Positions 9,916-19,992 of a stretch of 64,000 nt of DNA are shown piece after piece. The DNA lies in NCBI GenBank assembly GCA_965222155.1, contig CBDCTH010000012.1, positions 1,696,001 through 1,760,000 on the forward strand, written 5' to 3'. The position numbers and the translations under genes are program-made. The stretch's first letter is position 1. Every line of letters begins with the position of its first letter. The notes under the pieces were generated by a model, which saw nothing but the letters and a program-made list of their open reading frames with translations, did no database searches and had not been told where the DNA came from. This stretch comes from Gammaproteobacteria bacterium. Its GTDB lineage: Bacteria; Pseudomonadota; Gammaproteobacteria; Eutrophobiales; Eutrophobiaceae.

Positions 9916-10755
9916 ATGAATACCTCTCCGGAAATCGGCTCCTCTATCAATGCAGGCGGAATCTTGACCAACTACCATGACCAGGGAGAAGGCGCCCCTG
10001 TGGTGCTCCTGCACGGATCAGGCCCCGGGGTCAGCGCCTGGGCGAACTGGCGTCTGGTTCTCCCCCACCTGGCGAAAAACTTTCGTACGATTGCGCCCGA
10101 CATCGTTGGTTTCGGGTTTACCGAACGACCTGAGGACATCAGTTACGACATGGAAACCTGGCTCAAACACGCGCTCGGTTTTCTTGACGCCATGGAGATT
10201 GAAAAAGCCCACGTGGTCGGTAATTCCTTTGGTGGCGCATTATCCGTTGCACTGGCGCTGCATGCCCCCGAGCGGGTCTCGCGCCTGGTGCTGATGGGCA
10301 GTGTCGGTGTTGAATTTGAACTGACGCAAGGTTTGGACTTTACCTGGGGTTATACGCCCTCGCTGGATAACATGCGCAAGCTGCTGGACCTGTTCGCTTA
10401 TAACCGCTCGCTGGTGACCGATGAACTGGCCCAGCTTCGATATGAAGCAAGTATGCGGACGGGGGTACAGGAAGCCTACGCGGCGATGTTCCCGGCGCCC
10501 AGGCAGGACGGCATCAGGAAAATATGCAGTCAGGAAGCCGACGTCAAAAATATCGAACACGAAACCCTCATCATTCACGGCAGGGACGACCTGGTTATCC
10601 CCGTGTCATGCTCGCAAGACCTGTTCAGGTGCATCAAGAACTCACAACTGCACATTTTCGGCAACTGCGGGCACTGGACCCAGATAGAGCACAACCGCCG
10701 CTTCAATCAACTGGTTACCGGTTTTCTGCTTGAGGCCGGCCGGGAAGTCAGTTAG
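9916..10755 (+). CDS. dmpD: 2-hydroxymuconic semialdehyde hydrolase (meta-cleavage product hydrolase)
   Basis: PEIG.SI.AGGILTNYHD.G, HGSGPGVSAWANWRL, GNSFGG, CGHWTQIEH, typical of DmpD/XylF. Confidence 0.9.
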   Translation: MNTSPEIGSSINAGGILTNYHDQGEGAPVVLLHGSGPGVSAWANWRLVLPHLAKNFRTIAPDIVGFGFTERPEDISYDMETWLKHALGFLDAMEIEKAHVVGNSFGGALSVALALHAPERVSRLVLMGSVGVEFELTQGLDFTWGYTPSLDNMRKLLDLFAYNRSLVTDELAQLRYEASMRTGVQEAYAAMFPAPRQDGIRKICSQEADVKNIEHETLIIHGRDDLVIPVSCSQDLFRCIKNSQLHIFGNCGHWTQIEHNRRFNQLVTGFLLEAGREVS

Positions 10756-11035
10756 AGGATGCAGCTTTAAGGACTTCAAGCACTTCCATATACATTTGGA
10801 AATTTATTCCCAATATCGCAATAAGTAAAACCATAATAAACCCCATCATCCATTTAAGCATCTTGATTTCCGTTTCAATATTACTCATTCGAGCTTCTAT
10901 ACTACTCATTCGAGCTTCTATGCTGGCCATCCGAGTGTCCAGGTTGGCGACAGCTTGTGCGGCTTGGCGCGCGGTCTGAGCGCTGGAGCCGGCCTCCGTC
11001 AAGGCATCATAGAGTTCGCTAATCATTATGCTCAT
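10748..11035 (-). CDS. Small coiled-coil protein with C-terminal TM helix (DUF1640/XhlA-like)
   Basis: ELYDAL.EAG, heptad repeats IEARMSS/IEARMSN (21-bp DNA repeats), LKWMMG plus hydrophobic tail. Confidence 0.7.
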   Translation of the reverse strand: MSIMISELYDALTEAGSSAQTARQAAQAVANLDTRMASIEARMSSIEARMSNIETEIKMLKWMMGFIMVLLIAILGINFQMYMEVLEVLKAASSN

Positions 11036-11107
11036 CGGTAACTCCCTTTACAGTTGTTTATCAGAGTTGGCAGGCTATCAAATTATCTCATCTTGCGTCA
11101 AGATTCC

Positions 11108-12409
11108 ATGGAAAACCAAACTCTAATCGCGAAGTTACCGGGAGCCCTCCTGTTTGTTATGACACTGCTGGCGGTCGTGACAGCGACGTCATCTTCGGTT
11201 TCATCGCTCTGGTCCGGCCTGGCCGGGTGGTGTGCTGCCCTGTTATTGTTTCGCCGCTTGCCCCGCACCATGGTTTATCAGATCTCGGGGATGCTGCTAG
11301 TCGGCTTGAGTTGCCTTGTCTGGGTCATGCTTAACGGCTTCCCCGTGGATTTTACCCGGGTGGTTTCGGCAAACGTACATATTGTTGCCCTGATCGCCTC
11401 GGTTACCTTCCTGCGCCTGATCAGCCTGCCGGGCAGCCAGGCAGATGCGCCGCTACCCAGGGGCAGAAAAGCGCTGGTGAAAACCGCCTGGGGGCTGCAC
11501 ATGTTCGCATCTGTGATCAATTTGTCCGCAGTCATGCTGTTCGGCAACCGAATGGAGCAGGCAGGGAAGATCAATCGCCTGCAGGCCATTCTGTTCTCCC
11601 GTGCATTCAGCAGCGGGTGTTACTGGTCGCCGTTCTACGTATCGATCGCCACTGCCCTGGTTTACGCCCCCGGTTCGGACTTCATCACTCTGGTACTGGC
11701 AGGTCTGCCTATTGCCCTTGCCGGGTTGATTATCACTACCTGGCAACTGCTGAAGGATGAGGACAGCCCCATGACCTGCGGCTATCCGCTACGCTTTGAG
11801 GCGTTATTTATTCCTGTCCTGTTGTCCATTGCCGTCATCCTGTTACATAACCTGTTCCCGAACTTCCCGGTACTGACCCTGATCACCGTATTATCTTTCC
11901 TGCTGACGGTACTGGTGCTGACCGCTCGTGAGCCGTTTTCCCTGGTAGACCGGCTCAGCGCTCACATATTTGACGGGTTACCCGATATGCATAAGGAATT
12001 GATGCTGTTCCTGGCCGCAGGTGTCATGTCAGTGGGAATTTCAACATTGTTGATCAGTAGTGATATCGCCCTGGGCATAACAACCGTATCACCCCTGACT
12101 GCAGGTGGTTTTATATCGGCGGCAATCCTGCTTTCGCTGATCGGCATTCATCCGATCATTACCATTTCAATCCTGGGTAGTCTGCTCGGCAATACTGCCT
12201 ACAATGCCGACCTGCTCGGCGTATGCATGATGATGATGTGGGGCAACAGTATCGTTGCCTCGCCCTTTTCAGGTATCAATCTCGCCATTCAGGGCAGGTT
12301 CGGCGTTTCCTCATTCTCAATCATGCGCTGGAACGTCGGTTATGTGCTTGCCATGCTGACCGTCTGTATCATGGCCCTGTATATTTTTGATTTTCTTTTC
12401 AGGATTTGA
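11108..12409 (+). CDS. Uncharacterised polytopic membrane protein (putative transporter)
   Basis: About 12 hydrophobic segments; start taken at MENQTL. Confidence 0.75.
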   Translation: MENQTLIAKLPGALLFVMTLLAVVTATSSSVSSLWSGLAGWCAALLLFRRLPRTMVYQISGMLLVGLSCLVWVMLNGFPVDFTRVVSANVHIVALIASVTFLRLISLPGSQADAPLPRGRKALVKTAWGLHMFASVINLSAVMLFGNRMEQAGKINRLQAILFSRAFSSGCYWSPFYVSIATALVYAPGSDFITLVLAGLPIALAGLIITTWQLLKDEDSPMTCGYPLRFEALFIPVLLSIAVILLHNLFPNFPVLTLITVLSFLLTVLVLTAREPFSLVDRLSAHIFDGLPDMHKELMLFLAAGVMSVGISTLLISSDIALGITTVSPLTAGGFISAAILLSLIGIHPIITISILGSLLGNTAYNADLLGVCMMMMWGNSIVASPFSGINLAIQGRFGVSSFSIMRWNVGYVLAMLTVCIMALYIFDFLFRI

Positions 12410-12446
12410 TACCTGGAAAGATCAGAAAATCGGCGCAAGCCTGTAT

Positions 12447-13121
12447 TCAGGCGAAGGCGCTATCTGGTAATCCCAGGATAGCCTTCCAGACGTCGTGCAT
12501 GGATTTCCTCGCGTGGCGGACGGCTTGACTGATATTCTTGTCCAGCAAGGCGGTGATGATCTCCTCATGCCGGGCAATCCATTGCTCGTGGCTGCTGCTT
12601 ACCGTCAAGCCCTCCATCGCCAGCCTGAATAACGGGGCCTGCAGTCGCATCCTGATGTCCGACAAAACCGGGTTGCCGGCCAGTTTATCCAGGTCTCCCC
12701 AGAAACGGGCATTCTCGTCCATGTACTCCAGCACCTTGATAATATTGACAGATCGAGCACGGAATTTGTGGGCGCTGTTGAGAGACGCACGCAAGCGTTG
12801 TTGCATCTCCTGATCTTCGGTTTGACTGCTGACTTTTCTGATAATCAGGATAGATACCTCTTCAAGCACTTCAAAAATATTGTACACATCTTCCCGGGAA
12901 ACCTTCCTCACGGAAGCACCCCGGTTCTTGTCCAGTTGCACAATCCCTTCCGCTTGCAGGCGTTTGAAGACGTCACGCACCCGGCCCCGGGTAATATCCA
13001 GGTGGGACATGATGTCTATTTCCACCAAGCGCTGGCCGGGCACGAACCGTCCCTGGAGAATCTCTCTCTTCAGGAGGTCTACCGCGCTGTCAATATCACG
13101 ACCCATTTTAACTTGTCTCAT
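12447..13121 (-). CDS. GntR/FCD-family transcriptional regulator
   Basis: ILQGRFVPGQRLVE HTH, RGASVR, FCD domain HEEIITAL. True start may be Met at 13106. Confidence 0.9.
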   Translation of the reverse strand: MRQVKMGRDIDSAVDLLKREILQGRFVPGQRLVEIDIMSHLDITRGRVRDVFKRLQAEGIVQLDKNRGASVRKVSREDVYNIFEVLEEVSILIIRKVSSQTEDQEMQQRLRASLNSAHKFRARSVNIIKVLEYMDENARFWGDLDKLAGNPVLSDIRMRLQAPLFRLAMEGLTVSSSHEQWIARHEEIITALLDKNISQAVRHARKSMHDVWKAILGLPDSAFA

Positions 13122-13264
13122 CCGCCATGCTTCACCGGGTTTCTTCGTTCAGTCAGTCATGTACACTATGTACACTCCTTCCTTCTCTCATCACCCGGCT
13201 CGCCTGACGAAAAATATCCTGCGTTAAAATCTTTAACTTGTCTCATCCGCCATGCTTCACCGGG
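13107..13264. repeat. 33-bp exact direct repeat (13107-13139 and 13232-13264) flanking a 92-bp segment with ATGTACACT x2
   Basis: TTTAACTTGTCTCATCCGCCATGCTTCACCGGG is seen twice. Confidence 0.9.
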
Positions 13265-13285
13265 CCAAGGTTATTTTACATGGGA

Positions 13286-15592
13286 TCATGGCTTTGATTC
13301 CAGTGCCTGCAGTATCTTATCCGGCGTGATGGGTGGGTCAATCCGGACGCTGATTGCGTTGTACACGGCATTGGATATGGCAATGGGCACCGCACAGGTG
13401 ACGCCTTCGCCAATCCCTTTTGCCCCGAACGGACCGTGTTCATCGTAGACTTCCTCAAACATTATCTCCGGGTCGGGCATATCCAGGGGACCCATGATTT
13501 TATAGTCCATGAAATTGGGATTCAGGATGGCGCCGGTTTCATCATCAAATACCAGGTGCTCAGTGGTGGAAAATCCCATTGACTGATAGTATCCGCCCGC
13601 CACCTGATTCTCGCACACCGCCGGGTTGACGATGGTACCACTGTCATGCACCGCGACAAACCTGATCAATTTCATCTGCGCAGTCCGGGTATCGATCTCA
13701 ACTTCGGCAAAATCCGCCATCATCATTTTACCCGCTTTGTCGAACTCAACCCCTTTGGATGCACTGCCTATCACTTCCGGCGCCGCCAGGTACTTATAAA
13801 TTGGTGTGCTCATCAACTCTTTGAGGGTAACTCCATGTTCCTCACTGCCCTTCACAAAGACACGGCGGTTTTTGATGTCCAGATCTGTGGCATTAGCCTC
13901 CAGATGTTTAGCTGCAAATTCCAGAATTTGCTCTCTGGCATGCTCAGCAGCGGCTTTGGTTGCCCGCGCAACCATGTGCATGCCATTACTGCCAAAGGTC
14001 ACCATGGTGTGACCGCAGACTTCCGTATCACCGTCGATGACGTTGATATCTTCCAGTTCGACGCCCAGCACCTCTGCGGCCACCATGGCCTGTGTCGTAT
14101 CGCCGCCCTGCCCCATGCGTCCGATACCCGTGGTCAGTGCCATGGTGCCATCGGGATTGACCTTGACGGTGATACCGTTGAAACCGAAGAATGCGAGTCC
14201 GCTGATATGCGTGGAGATACCCATACCCAGGCCGCGCAGTTTATGCCCCTCGACAGAAGATGGCTTGCCCCAGCCCTTCCATTTATCCTTCCAGCCGATG
14301 GCTTCGGCGCCCCTGGTAATGCATTCGGCCAGACCTGAACTGGTCAATTCGACCTGCGGGTTTTTATTGAATAACAGCTTGGCGAAGACAACTTCCTGGG
14401 AGGTATGGCATATATCGCCGGTCTTCCAGTGGTTTTTCAGGTGAAACTCAACCGGGTCCATAGCGACTTTCTCCGCTGCCATATCTGCTGTCTGTTCAAT
14501 GGCATAGGCCAGGGTCAGGTCACCCACGCCGCGCATACACCCTGCCGGTAATAAATTGGTCGCCACGCCGATAAACTCAACGCGGGCATGTTCGGTGGTA
14601 TAAATATCGGCAACGGACTGGTACGGATCGAATTTATTACCATAGGCGCCGTTATCCATCAAATGACGGTAAGACTGAGCGACCATTTTTCCGTCTTTGG
14701 TTATGCCGATTTTAGCGTCAATCAGGGGCCGCTCGCGCCGTTTAACCGTGGTCTGGACTTCAGCGCGGGTCAGCACCAAACGCACCGGCCGGCGCGCCTT
14801 CCTGGCTATGGCAACGGTTAACAGCATAAAATTATTACCCCACCATAAACCAAATGAACCACCTGTGGGGGTGCTGTGAACCCGAACCTTGCTGGGTGAG
14901 AGTTCAAAAAACTCGGTCACCGCGTCCCTGATCCAGAACAGGGCCTGGGAAGACGTCCACATTGAGACACTGTCTCCTTCCCAGTGAGCTATACAGGCAT
15001 TTCTATCCAGTGGAGCATGCTGCTGGTTTCCCAGGGTAATGCGATTCTCAATAATATAGTCCGCTTCCTCGAAACCTTTCTCAATATTTCCCCATTCAAA
15101 CAGGGAAGGCGGAAGGCTGTTCGGTCCCCATGGGCGTACCTGCGGCGCGCCCTCTTTCATGGCCTCTTCCATATCAAATACGGCGGGCAACTCCTCATAG
15201 TTCACTTCAATCAGCTTAATGGCTTCCTGCGCGGTCTCTTCATCAACGGCGGATACGACCGCAACCTCATCACCCACGTAGCAGACCTCTTCCGATATCA
15301 TGGGGCCTCTGAAATTAAAACTGTAATCGTGCCATGGAGCGCCACAGGTCTTTTTCTTCCCGGTAATATCGTCCTGATGGGTAAGTACCGCACTGACACC
15401 CGGCAGCGCCTCCGCGGCGGAGGTATCAATATGTACAACCTTTGCATGGGCATATGGGCTGCGCAACACTTTCGCATAGTGCATGCGGTGCATGGGAGGG
15501 ATATCAGCGGCATACTTTAACCTGCCGGTGACTTTTTCGTAGGCATCCAGTAAAGGTAAACTTTTGCCGATTACGGACGTTTCAGTTGTCAT
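13286..15592 (-). CDS. Xanthine dehydrogenase family molybdopterin-binding (large) subunit
   Basis: KVTG..KY..D, LRSPYAHA, GGSFG, MGQG, GAKGIGE with catalytic Glu; 768 aa. Confidence 0.95.
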   Translation of the reverse strand: MTTETSVIGKSLPLLDAYEKVTGRLKYAADIPPMHRMHYAKVLRSPYAHAKVVHIDTSAAEALPGVSAVLTHQDDITGKKKTCGAPWHDYSFNFRGPMISEEVCYVGDEVAVVSAVDEETAQEAIKLIEVNYEELPAVFDMEEAMKEGAPQVRPWGPNSLPPSLFEWGNIEKGFEEADYIIENRITLGNQQHAPLDRNACIAHWEGDSVSMWTSSQALFWIRDAVTEFFELSPSKVRVHSTPTGGSFGLWWGNNFMLLTVAIARKARRPVRLVLTRAEVQTTVKRRERPLIDAKIGITKDGKMVAQSYRHLMDNGAYGNKFDPYQSVADIYTTEHARVEFIGVATNLLPAGCMRGVGDLTLAYAIEQTADMAAEKVAMDPVEFHLKNHWKTGDICHTSQEVVFAKLLFNKNPQVELTSSGLAECITRGAEAIGWKDKWKGWGKPSSVEGHKLRGLGMGISTHISGLAFFGFNGITVKVNPDGTMALTTGIGRMGQGGDTTQAMVAAEVLGVELEDINVIDGDTEVCGHTMVTFGSNGMHMVARATKAAAEHAREQILEFAAKHLEANATDLDIKNRRVFVKGSEEHGVTLKELMSTPIYKYLAAPEVIGSASKGVEFDKAGKMMMADFAEVEIDTRTAQMKLIRFVAVHDSGTIVNPAVCENQVAGGYYQSMGFSTTEHLVFDDETGAILNPNFMDYKIMGPLDMPDPEIMFEEVYDEHGPFGAKGIGEGVTCAVPIAISNAVYNAISVRIDPPITPDKILQALESKP

Positions 15593-15638
15593 TTTCCACT
15601 ACCTCTTTTTATAACTGTCAATATCACAAACAGCACCC

Positions 15639-15709
15639 GTCATTCCGGGCTTGACCCCGGCTTCCAACATGCCGGGGCAGGCCTCGGCTTCCAACATGCC
15701 GGGGCAGGC
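15639..15709. repeat. REP-like element with 25-bp tandem duplication CGGCTTCCAACATGCCGGGGCAGGC
   Basis: Copies at 15658-15682 and 15685-15709; hairpin CCCCGGC...GCCGGGG; preceded by CGTCATTCCGGGCTTGACC. Confidence 0.7.
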
Positions 15710-15737
15710 TTCGCACGAACGATGAATGATATGTCCC

Positions 15738-16220
15738 TTAATTATGTGCATTGCGCATGACCTCAGCCGCGTTCAATATGGAACGAACGATTCTGATATA
15801 GGTACCGCAACGGCATAAGTGTCCGCCAATAGCCTCTCTTACCTCCTGCTCCGACGGATCGGGATTATGTTCCAGTAGATGTTTTGCCGCGAGGATCATT
15901 CCGGGGGTGCAGAACCCGCATTGCATACCGTGGTCCTGCATGAACGCTTCCTGCAGTGGGTGCAAAGCTCCGTTGATCTCTTCCTCAACTCCTTCGATGG
16001 TGCGGATATCACTGCCTTGTGCATCAATCGCCATTCTCAAACAGGAAAAAATCGGTTTGCCATCCAACAACAGGGTACAGGAGCCACAGGTGCCCATTTC
16101 ACAACCGGTCTTGGTGCCGGTCAACCCTACTTTTTCCCGGATGACGTAGGCCAGTGACCAGTGGGGTTTGACCAGTACCTCATGGGCTTCGTTATTGATC
16201 TTTAAACTGATCGCATTCAT
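15738..16220 (-). CDS. XDH-family (2Fe-2S)-binding small subunit
   Basis: GCEMGTCGSCT, QCGFCTPGM, LCRCGTY. Confidence 0.95.
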   Translation of the reverse strand: MNAISLKINNEAHEVLVKPHWSLAYVIREKVGLTGTKTGCEMGTCGSCTLLLDGKPIFSCLRMAIDAQGSDIRTIEGVEEEINGALHPLQEAFMQDHGMQCGFCTPGMILAAKHLLEHNPDPSEQEVREAIGGHLCRCGTYIRIVRSILNAAEVMRNAHN

Positions 16221-17083
16221 GCTTCACCTCCTTGCCGCGCCTGTTCTACGGCCCGCCTTAAGGCATCTTCAATGCCACATCGCACCCAGAGACTGCGAAC
16301 CTGCGCGGATACACGAAAGTCGTGAATACATTCTATATCAGCGGATGCGGCAGCCGCAGTTTCAATCAATGTGTCATCTATTGCCTGGTCGATGAGGACA
16401 GCCTCCGCCGCGGCGGAGCGGCCCGGCACGCCCGATAAGGTGGCTGCTCCGGCAACGACTCTCACATCAACGCAGATACCGGTGTTATCCAGCGATACCC
16501 GGGTCGCCACGTTGACGATGGGCAAATCTGCCGCGGTCCTTTCAAATTTGGCAAACCCTCCACCACTGTTGGCAGGTGGTTTCGGGATATGAACTTCAAC
16601 TACCATCTCCCCTTGTTCCAGGGCATTGTTGAGATAACCGATATGAAAATCCGCCATGGATATTTCACGGACACCCCTGCTGCCACCGATAACGATGTTG
16701 GCATCATACGCAAGCAGGGTTGTCGGCATATCCACTTCGCCGGCAATACATACCTCGCCGCCGATAGTGGCCATGTTCCTTACCTCTATGATGTTAAGTT
16801 CGTTGACCGTTGTGGATAAGATCCCGTAAGCGCCCCGACTGGTGAGTTCATGGGCATGAATCTCATTCAAGGTCGTAGTGGCGCCAATACGCAGCCCATC
16901 ATCACCCTGCTTGATATAACTTAAGCCGAGCTTTTTGATATTGATCACCGCATCCACTTCATCAAACAACTCTTCCCGATGACCCATATAAAATGTACTC
17001 CCGGCAATGGGTATAGCGCTATCCCCGTATTTATCCAATAATGAATAGGCCTCGTTAAGGTCGGTTGGACTGTAATATTCCAT
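16217..17083 (-). CDS. XDH-family FAD-binding medium subunit
   Basis: AGST, IGATTTL, VRNMATIGG; 4-bp overlap with the small subunit. Confidence 0.92.
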   Translation of the reverse strand: MEYYSPTDLNEAYSLLDKYGDSAIPIAGSTFYMGHREELFDEVDAVINIKKLGLSYIKQGDDGLRIGATTTLNEIHAHELTSRGAYGILSTTVNELNIIEVRNMATIGGEVCIAGEVDMPTTLLAYDANIVIGGSRGVREISMADFHIGYLNNALEQGEMVVEVHIPKPPANSGGGFAKFERTAADLPIVNVATRVSLDNTGICVDVRVVAGAATLSGVPGRSAAAEAVLIDQAIDDTLIETAAAASADIECIHDFRVSAQVRSLWVRCGIEDALRRAVEQARQGGEA

Positions 17084-17109
17084 CCATTTTTCCTCGTTAT
17101 GTATGTTGT

Positions 17110-17577
17110 TTATTCAGGTTCGCCGCCATCCAGGGCGCGTTTGATATTTTCTTCAAATTCCGCAAACAAGCCGTCCATTTGCCCTGCCGCCACCTTCTCG
17201 ATGATCGCACCACCCAAACCACTTGCCTTGACATTGCCGACAAAGATTATCCGGGTCTTGTCATCGTCAATCGTTTCAAGATCGGTTGTACCCGTAATCG
17301 TCAACTTATAATGGTTCGAGCGCTCGAACAACCGGCCTTCACCCACAAATTCCGAATGGCTGGGAGGCTCCATCTTTACCGCCCTGGTCCTTGCGGTTGC
17401 CTTACGGGTGGTGCGCAGGACTTTGGTCTCCAGTTTCCAGTCAAATTCCGTTTCACTTATTGGCTTGACCTCCTTGCACCCCGGAATACACAAACTGAAG
17501 CGCTGCATGTCACTGACCAGTGCCCACGTGCTCTCCAGTGACGCATCAACGATTATCTCCCGGGTAATTTCAGGCAT
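17110..17577 (-). CDS. coxG: CoxG/SRPBCC-family protein
   Basis: W..VSD...F..CIPGC pattern; context. Start taken at MPEITR. Confidence 0.8.
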   Translation of the reverse strand: MPEITREIIVDASLESTWALVSDMQRFSLCIPGCKEVKPISETEFDWKLETKVLRTTRKATARTRAVKMEPPSHSEFVGEGRLFERSNHYKLTITGTTDLETIDDDKTRIIFVGNVKASGLGGAIIEKVAAGQMDGLFAEFEENIKRALDGGEPE

Positions 17578-17593
17578 GGCAATCTCGTGTCTC

Positions 17594-18475
17594 TCAATGA
17601 ACCAGGCTGTTGAATTCATCCCGGATCACATCGGAACGCCTGAGTTTTTCCAGCGCTAGCGCGTCGCGAAACCGATGCAGTCTGACAAAACTCAAGTCGG
17701 CGCTGATGATCTCCTCTTTGCCTTCAGCCTGCGCGTAAATATGCGAAAATCGAGGGAATGCCGGCCCGGCAATGGTACTGTAGCCGTAATAGGACAGGCT
17801 ATTCTCTTTCCCGACCAGGTTGGCGCTGGCCGCATAAACCATGTTTTCCGTCGCCCGGGCCGCGGTCATGGACGTGATATAAAACGGCCTGCCCGGCAAT
17901 GTCATGCTGGCGGTGCAGTTGATGATGATGCGCGCGCCCTTCAGCATCAGGATGCGGGACAGTTCAGGAAAGACCCAGAAATCGGCACAGATCTGGATCC
18001 CGATCGGCCCATAGCGAGTGGCAAAAACCGGGACGTTATTTCCTCCCGTAAAACATAAACTCTCCTTGAACATTGGTGGTGTGCCAAGGTGAAGTTTTCG
18101 ATAAGTGCCAATCAGCCCCTCCGGACCGATTAACGGGCAGGAGATGTAACAGCTTTCGGCGTCATCGGCTGAGCGTTCCGGCATGCCCAGCACCACATAG
18201 ATATCAAATTTTCTGGTTAACTCGGCAATTTCCTCGGTAACAGGCCCCGGTATGGTCTCGGCAAACTCCTTGTGCATGGTGTTATCTTCATTGGCTTCAT
18301 AGCCGCTCAAGGATAGCTCCGGAAATGCCAGGATATTAATTCCCTGCCCTGCCGCCTCGGTGATCAGCCTTTTGACCTTGGCAAGGCTCGCGGCCTTGTC
18401 GTTCCAGATACTGCTGTAATTCACACAACCCAGTGAGACCGTATCTTCGTATTCGCGGTATTCCTCCGGAATCAT
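17594..18475 (-). CDS. Carbon-nitrogen hydrolase (nitrilase superfamily)
   Basis: Glu-Lys-Cys triad: FPELSLSGY, YRKLHL, ICADFWVFPE. Confidence 0.92.
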   Translation of the reverse strand: MIPEEYREYEDTVSLGCVNYSSIWNDKAASLAKVKRLITEAAGQGINILAFPELSLSGYEANEDNTMHKEFAETIPGPVTEEIAELTRKFDIYVVLGMPERSADDAESCYISCPLIGPEGLIGTYRKLHLGTPPMFKESLCFTGGNNVPVFATRYGPIGIQICADFWVFPELSRILMLKGARIIINCTASMTLPGRPFYITSMTAARATENMVYAASANLVGKENSLSYYGYSTIAGPAFPRFSHIYAQAEGKEEIISADLSFVRLHRFRDALALEKLRRSDVIRDEFNSLVH

Positions 18476-18493
18476 CGCAACGGCGCCCGAGGG

Positions 18494-19885
18494 TCAATGA
18501 ACGTCATTGCGGGAAATATATTTGCCCTGCTCCGGTTGCAGCGCGCTGGGTTCTCCATCTTCTACGATGACCTGACCTCGTAGAATGGTATGGGTCGGCC
18601 AGCCTTTCAAGGTCCAGCCGTCATAGATACTCCAATCACACATACTGCGCAGGTTCTCCGTTTTCACGGTAACTTCCTTGTCGAGGTCGACGATGACGAT
18701 ATCCGCATCGGCGCCGACGGCAAGCCGGCCTTTACGCGGGGAAACCCCGAACACCCCGGCAGGGTTCAGGGCACACACCTCGGCCACTTGTTCCAGGCTG
18801 ATACGACCTTTATTGACTCCTTCGCTCAACATGATCGGTAATAACAATTCCGAAGTATTGCCAAGTCCCATCGGGGCATTCCAGATATCCTCCCCTTTCA
18901 TTTCCAGGGTAGTAGGCGCCAGGTCGGAACCTACGCACTTGATAATCCCCTCCGCTATTCCCTCCCATAACCGGTTATTGGACGCCTTATCTCTGAGCGG
19001 CGGGTTGACGCAGGCACAGGCCGGATGGTCCAGCAATACCTGAGCCGGTTCCTCACCGTTATGGGTCAGGTATTGCGGACAGGTCTCACCGGTCACGTCC
19101 AGACCTTGTTTTTGGGCTTCGGCAATGATATCCACGCCTTCGGCAATGGTGATATGGGGTATATACAACGGGCAGTTGGTGCTCTTAGCCAGGTATATGG
19201 CCCGGCGCATGCACTCCGCCTCCACAAAAGGCGGCCGCGACTCATTCCATACCGCAAAATCTTTACGGCCTTGCGCCAGCAACTCATCCCGCAGCATTAG
19301 ATGGATATCAATGTTTTCCGTATGACAGGCAGCAAGACTGGGAGGTCCCGACTTATTAATCATACGGAAGCCCTTATATACTGCCCCATCATCGGTGGCA
19401 GTGATGCCAATCAGGTCTGCATGGGGCCCCTTATAGCCCATATTGAACTTGAATGAGGTTAAGCCGACTTCTGCCGGACAGGTTTCGATCTCACTGGTAG
19501 TAATCGCATCAATCACCATGAGATGCCAGAAGGCATCTACGAAACTCTTGCTCTCAAAGGTGTTTTTGAACTCCTCGAACTGCCGCAATAATCCTTCCTT
19601 CAGCGCAAGAATATAAACTCCCAGCGTAGTGACCCCGCCACAGGCCGCTGCCCTGGTTTCGGTCTCGACGGCTTCCAGTGTATCCATATACCCCAGGTGG
19701 GCATGGGGATCGATGATCCCGGGCATAACGTAACGGCTGTGCGCGTCGATTATCCTGGTAGCGCTGACAGAGGAAGCATCTTGCCCAATAGCGGTTATCC
19801 TGCCTTGGGAAACAGCGATATACCCGGGGAAAGTTTTTTCCGGTGTTACAATGGTACCGTCGCAGATGAGCAGATCACAGTTCAT
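18494..19885 (-). CDS. Cyclic amidohydrolase (dihydropyrimidinase/allantoinase-like)
   Basis: PGIIDPHAH, SFKF (carboxylated Lys), CHTEN, PHIT, ETCPQYL, PPLR, GSD. Confidence 0.9.
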   Translation of the reverse strand: MNCDLLICDGTIVTPEKTFPGYIAVSQGRITAIGQDASSVSATRIIDAHSRYVMPGIIDPHAHLGYMDTLEAVETETRAAACGGVTTLGVYILALKEGLLRQFEEFKNTFESKSFVDAFWHLMVIDAITTSEIETCPAEVGLTSFKFNMGYKGPHADLIGITATDDGAVYKGFRMINKSGPPSLAACHTENIDIHLMLRDELLAQGRKDFAVWNESRPPFVEAECMRRAIYLAKSTNCPLYIPHITIAEGVDIIAEAQKQGLDVTGETCPQYLTHNGEEPAQVLLDHPACACVNPPLRDKASNNRLWEGIAEGIIKCVGSDLAPTTLEMKGEDIWNAPMGLGNTSELLLPIMLSEGVNKGRISLEQVAEVCALNPAGVFGVSPRKGRLAVGADADIVIVDLDKEVTVKTENLRSMCDWSIYDGWTLKGWPTHTILRGQVIVEDGEPSALQPEQGKYISRNDVH

Positions 19886-19992
19886 GATGTCTTGTCGGGA
19901 GCCCCCGGATAGTCAGTTTAGGAGTATAATCATTAATAATATGATTTACAATTCGTATTATTCCTGTGCGTTTTTCCTTACCTCGGAGGACG

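Noticed and set aside
13107-13264. 33-bp repeat pair as a mini-CRISPR
   Set aside because: Only two copies, the 92-bp spacer is too long, and there are no cas genes.
13286-17577. Aerobic CO dehydrogenase (coxMSL) call
   Set aside because: The large subunit lacks AYxCSFR and AYxGAGR; coxG/D/E also accompany other Mo-hydroxylases.
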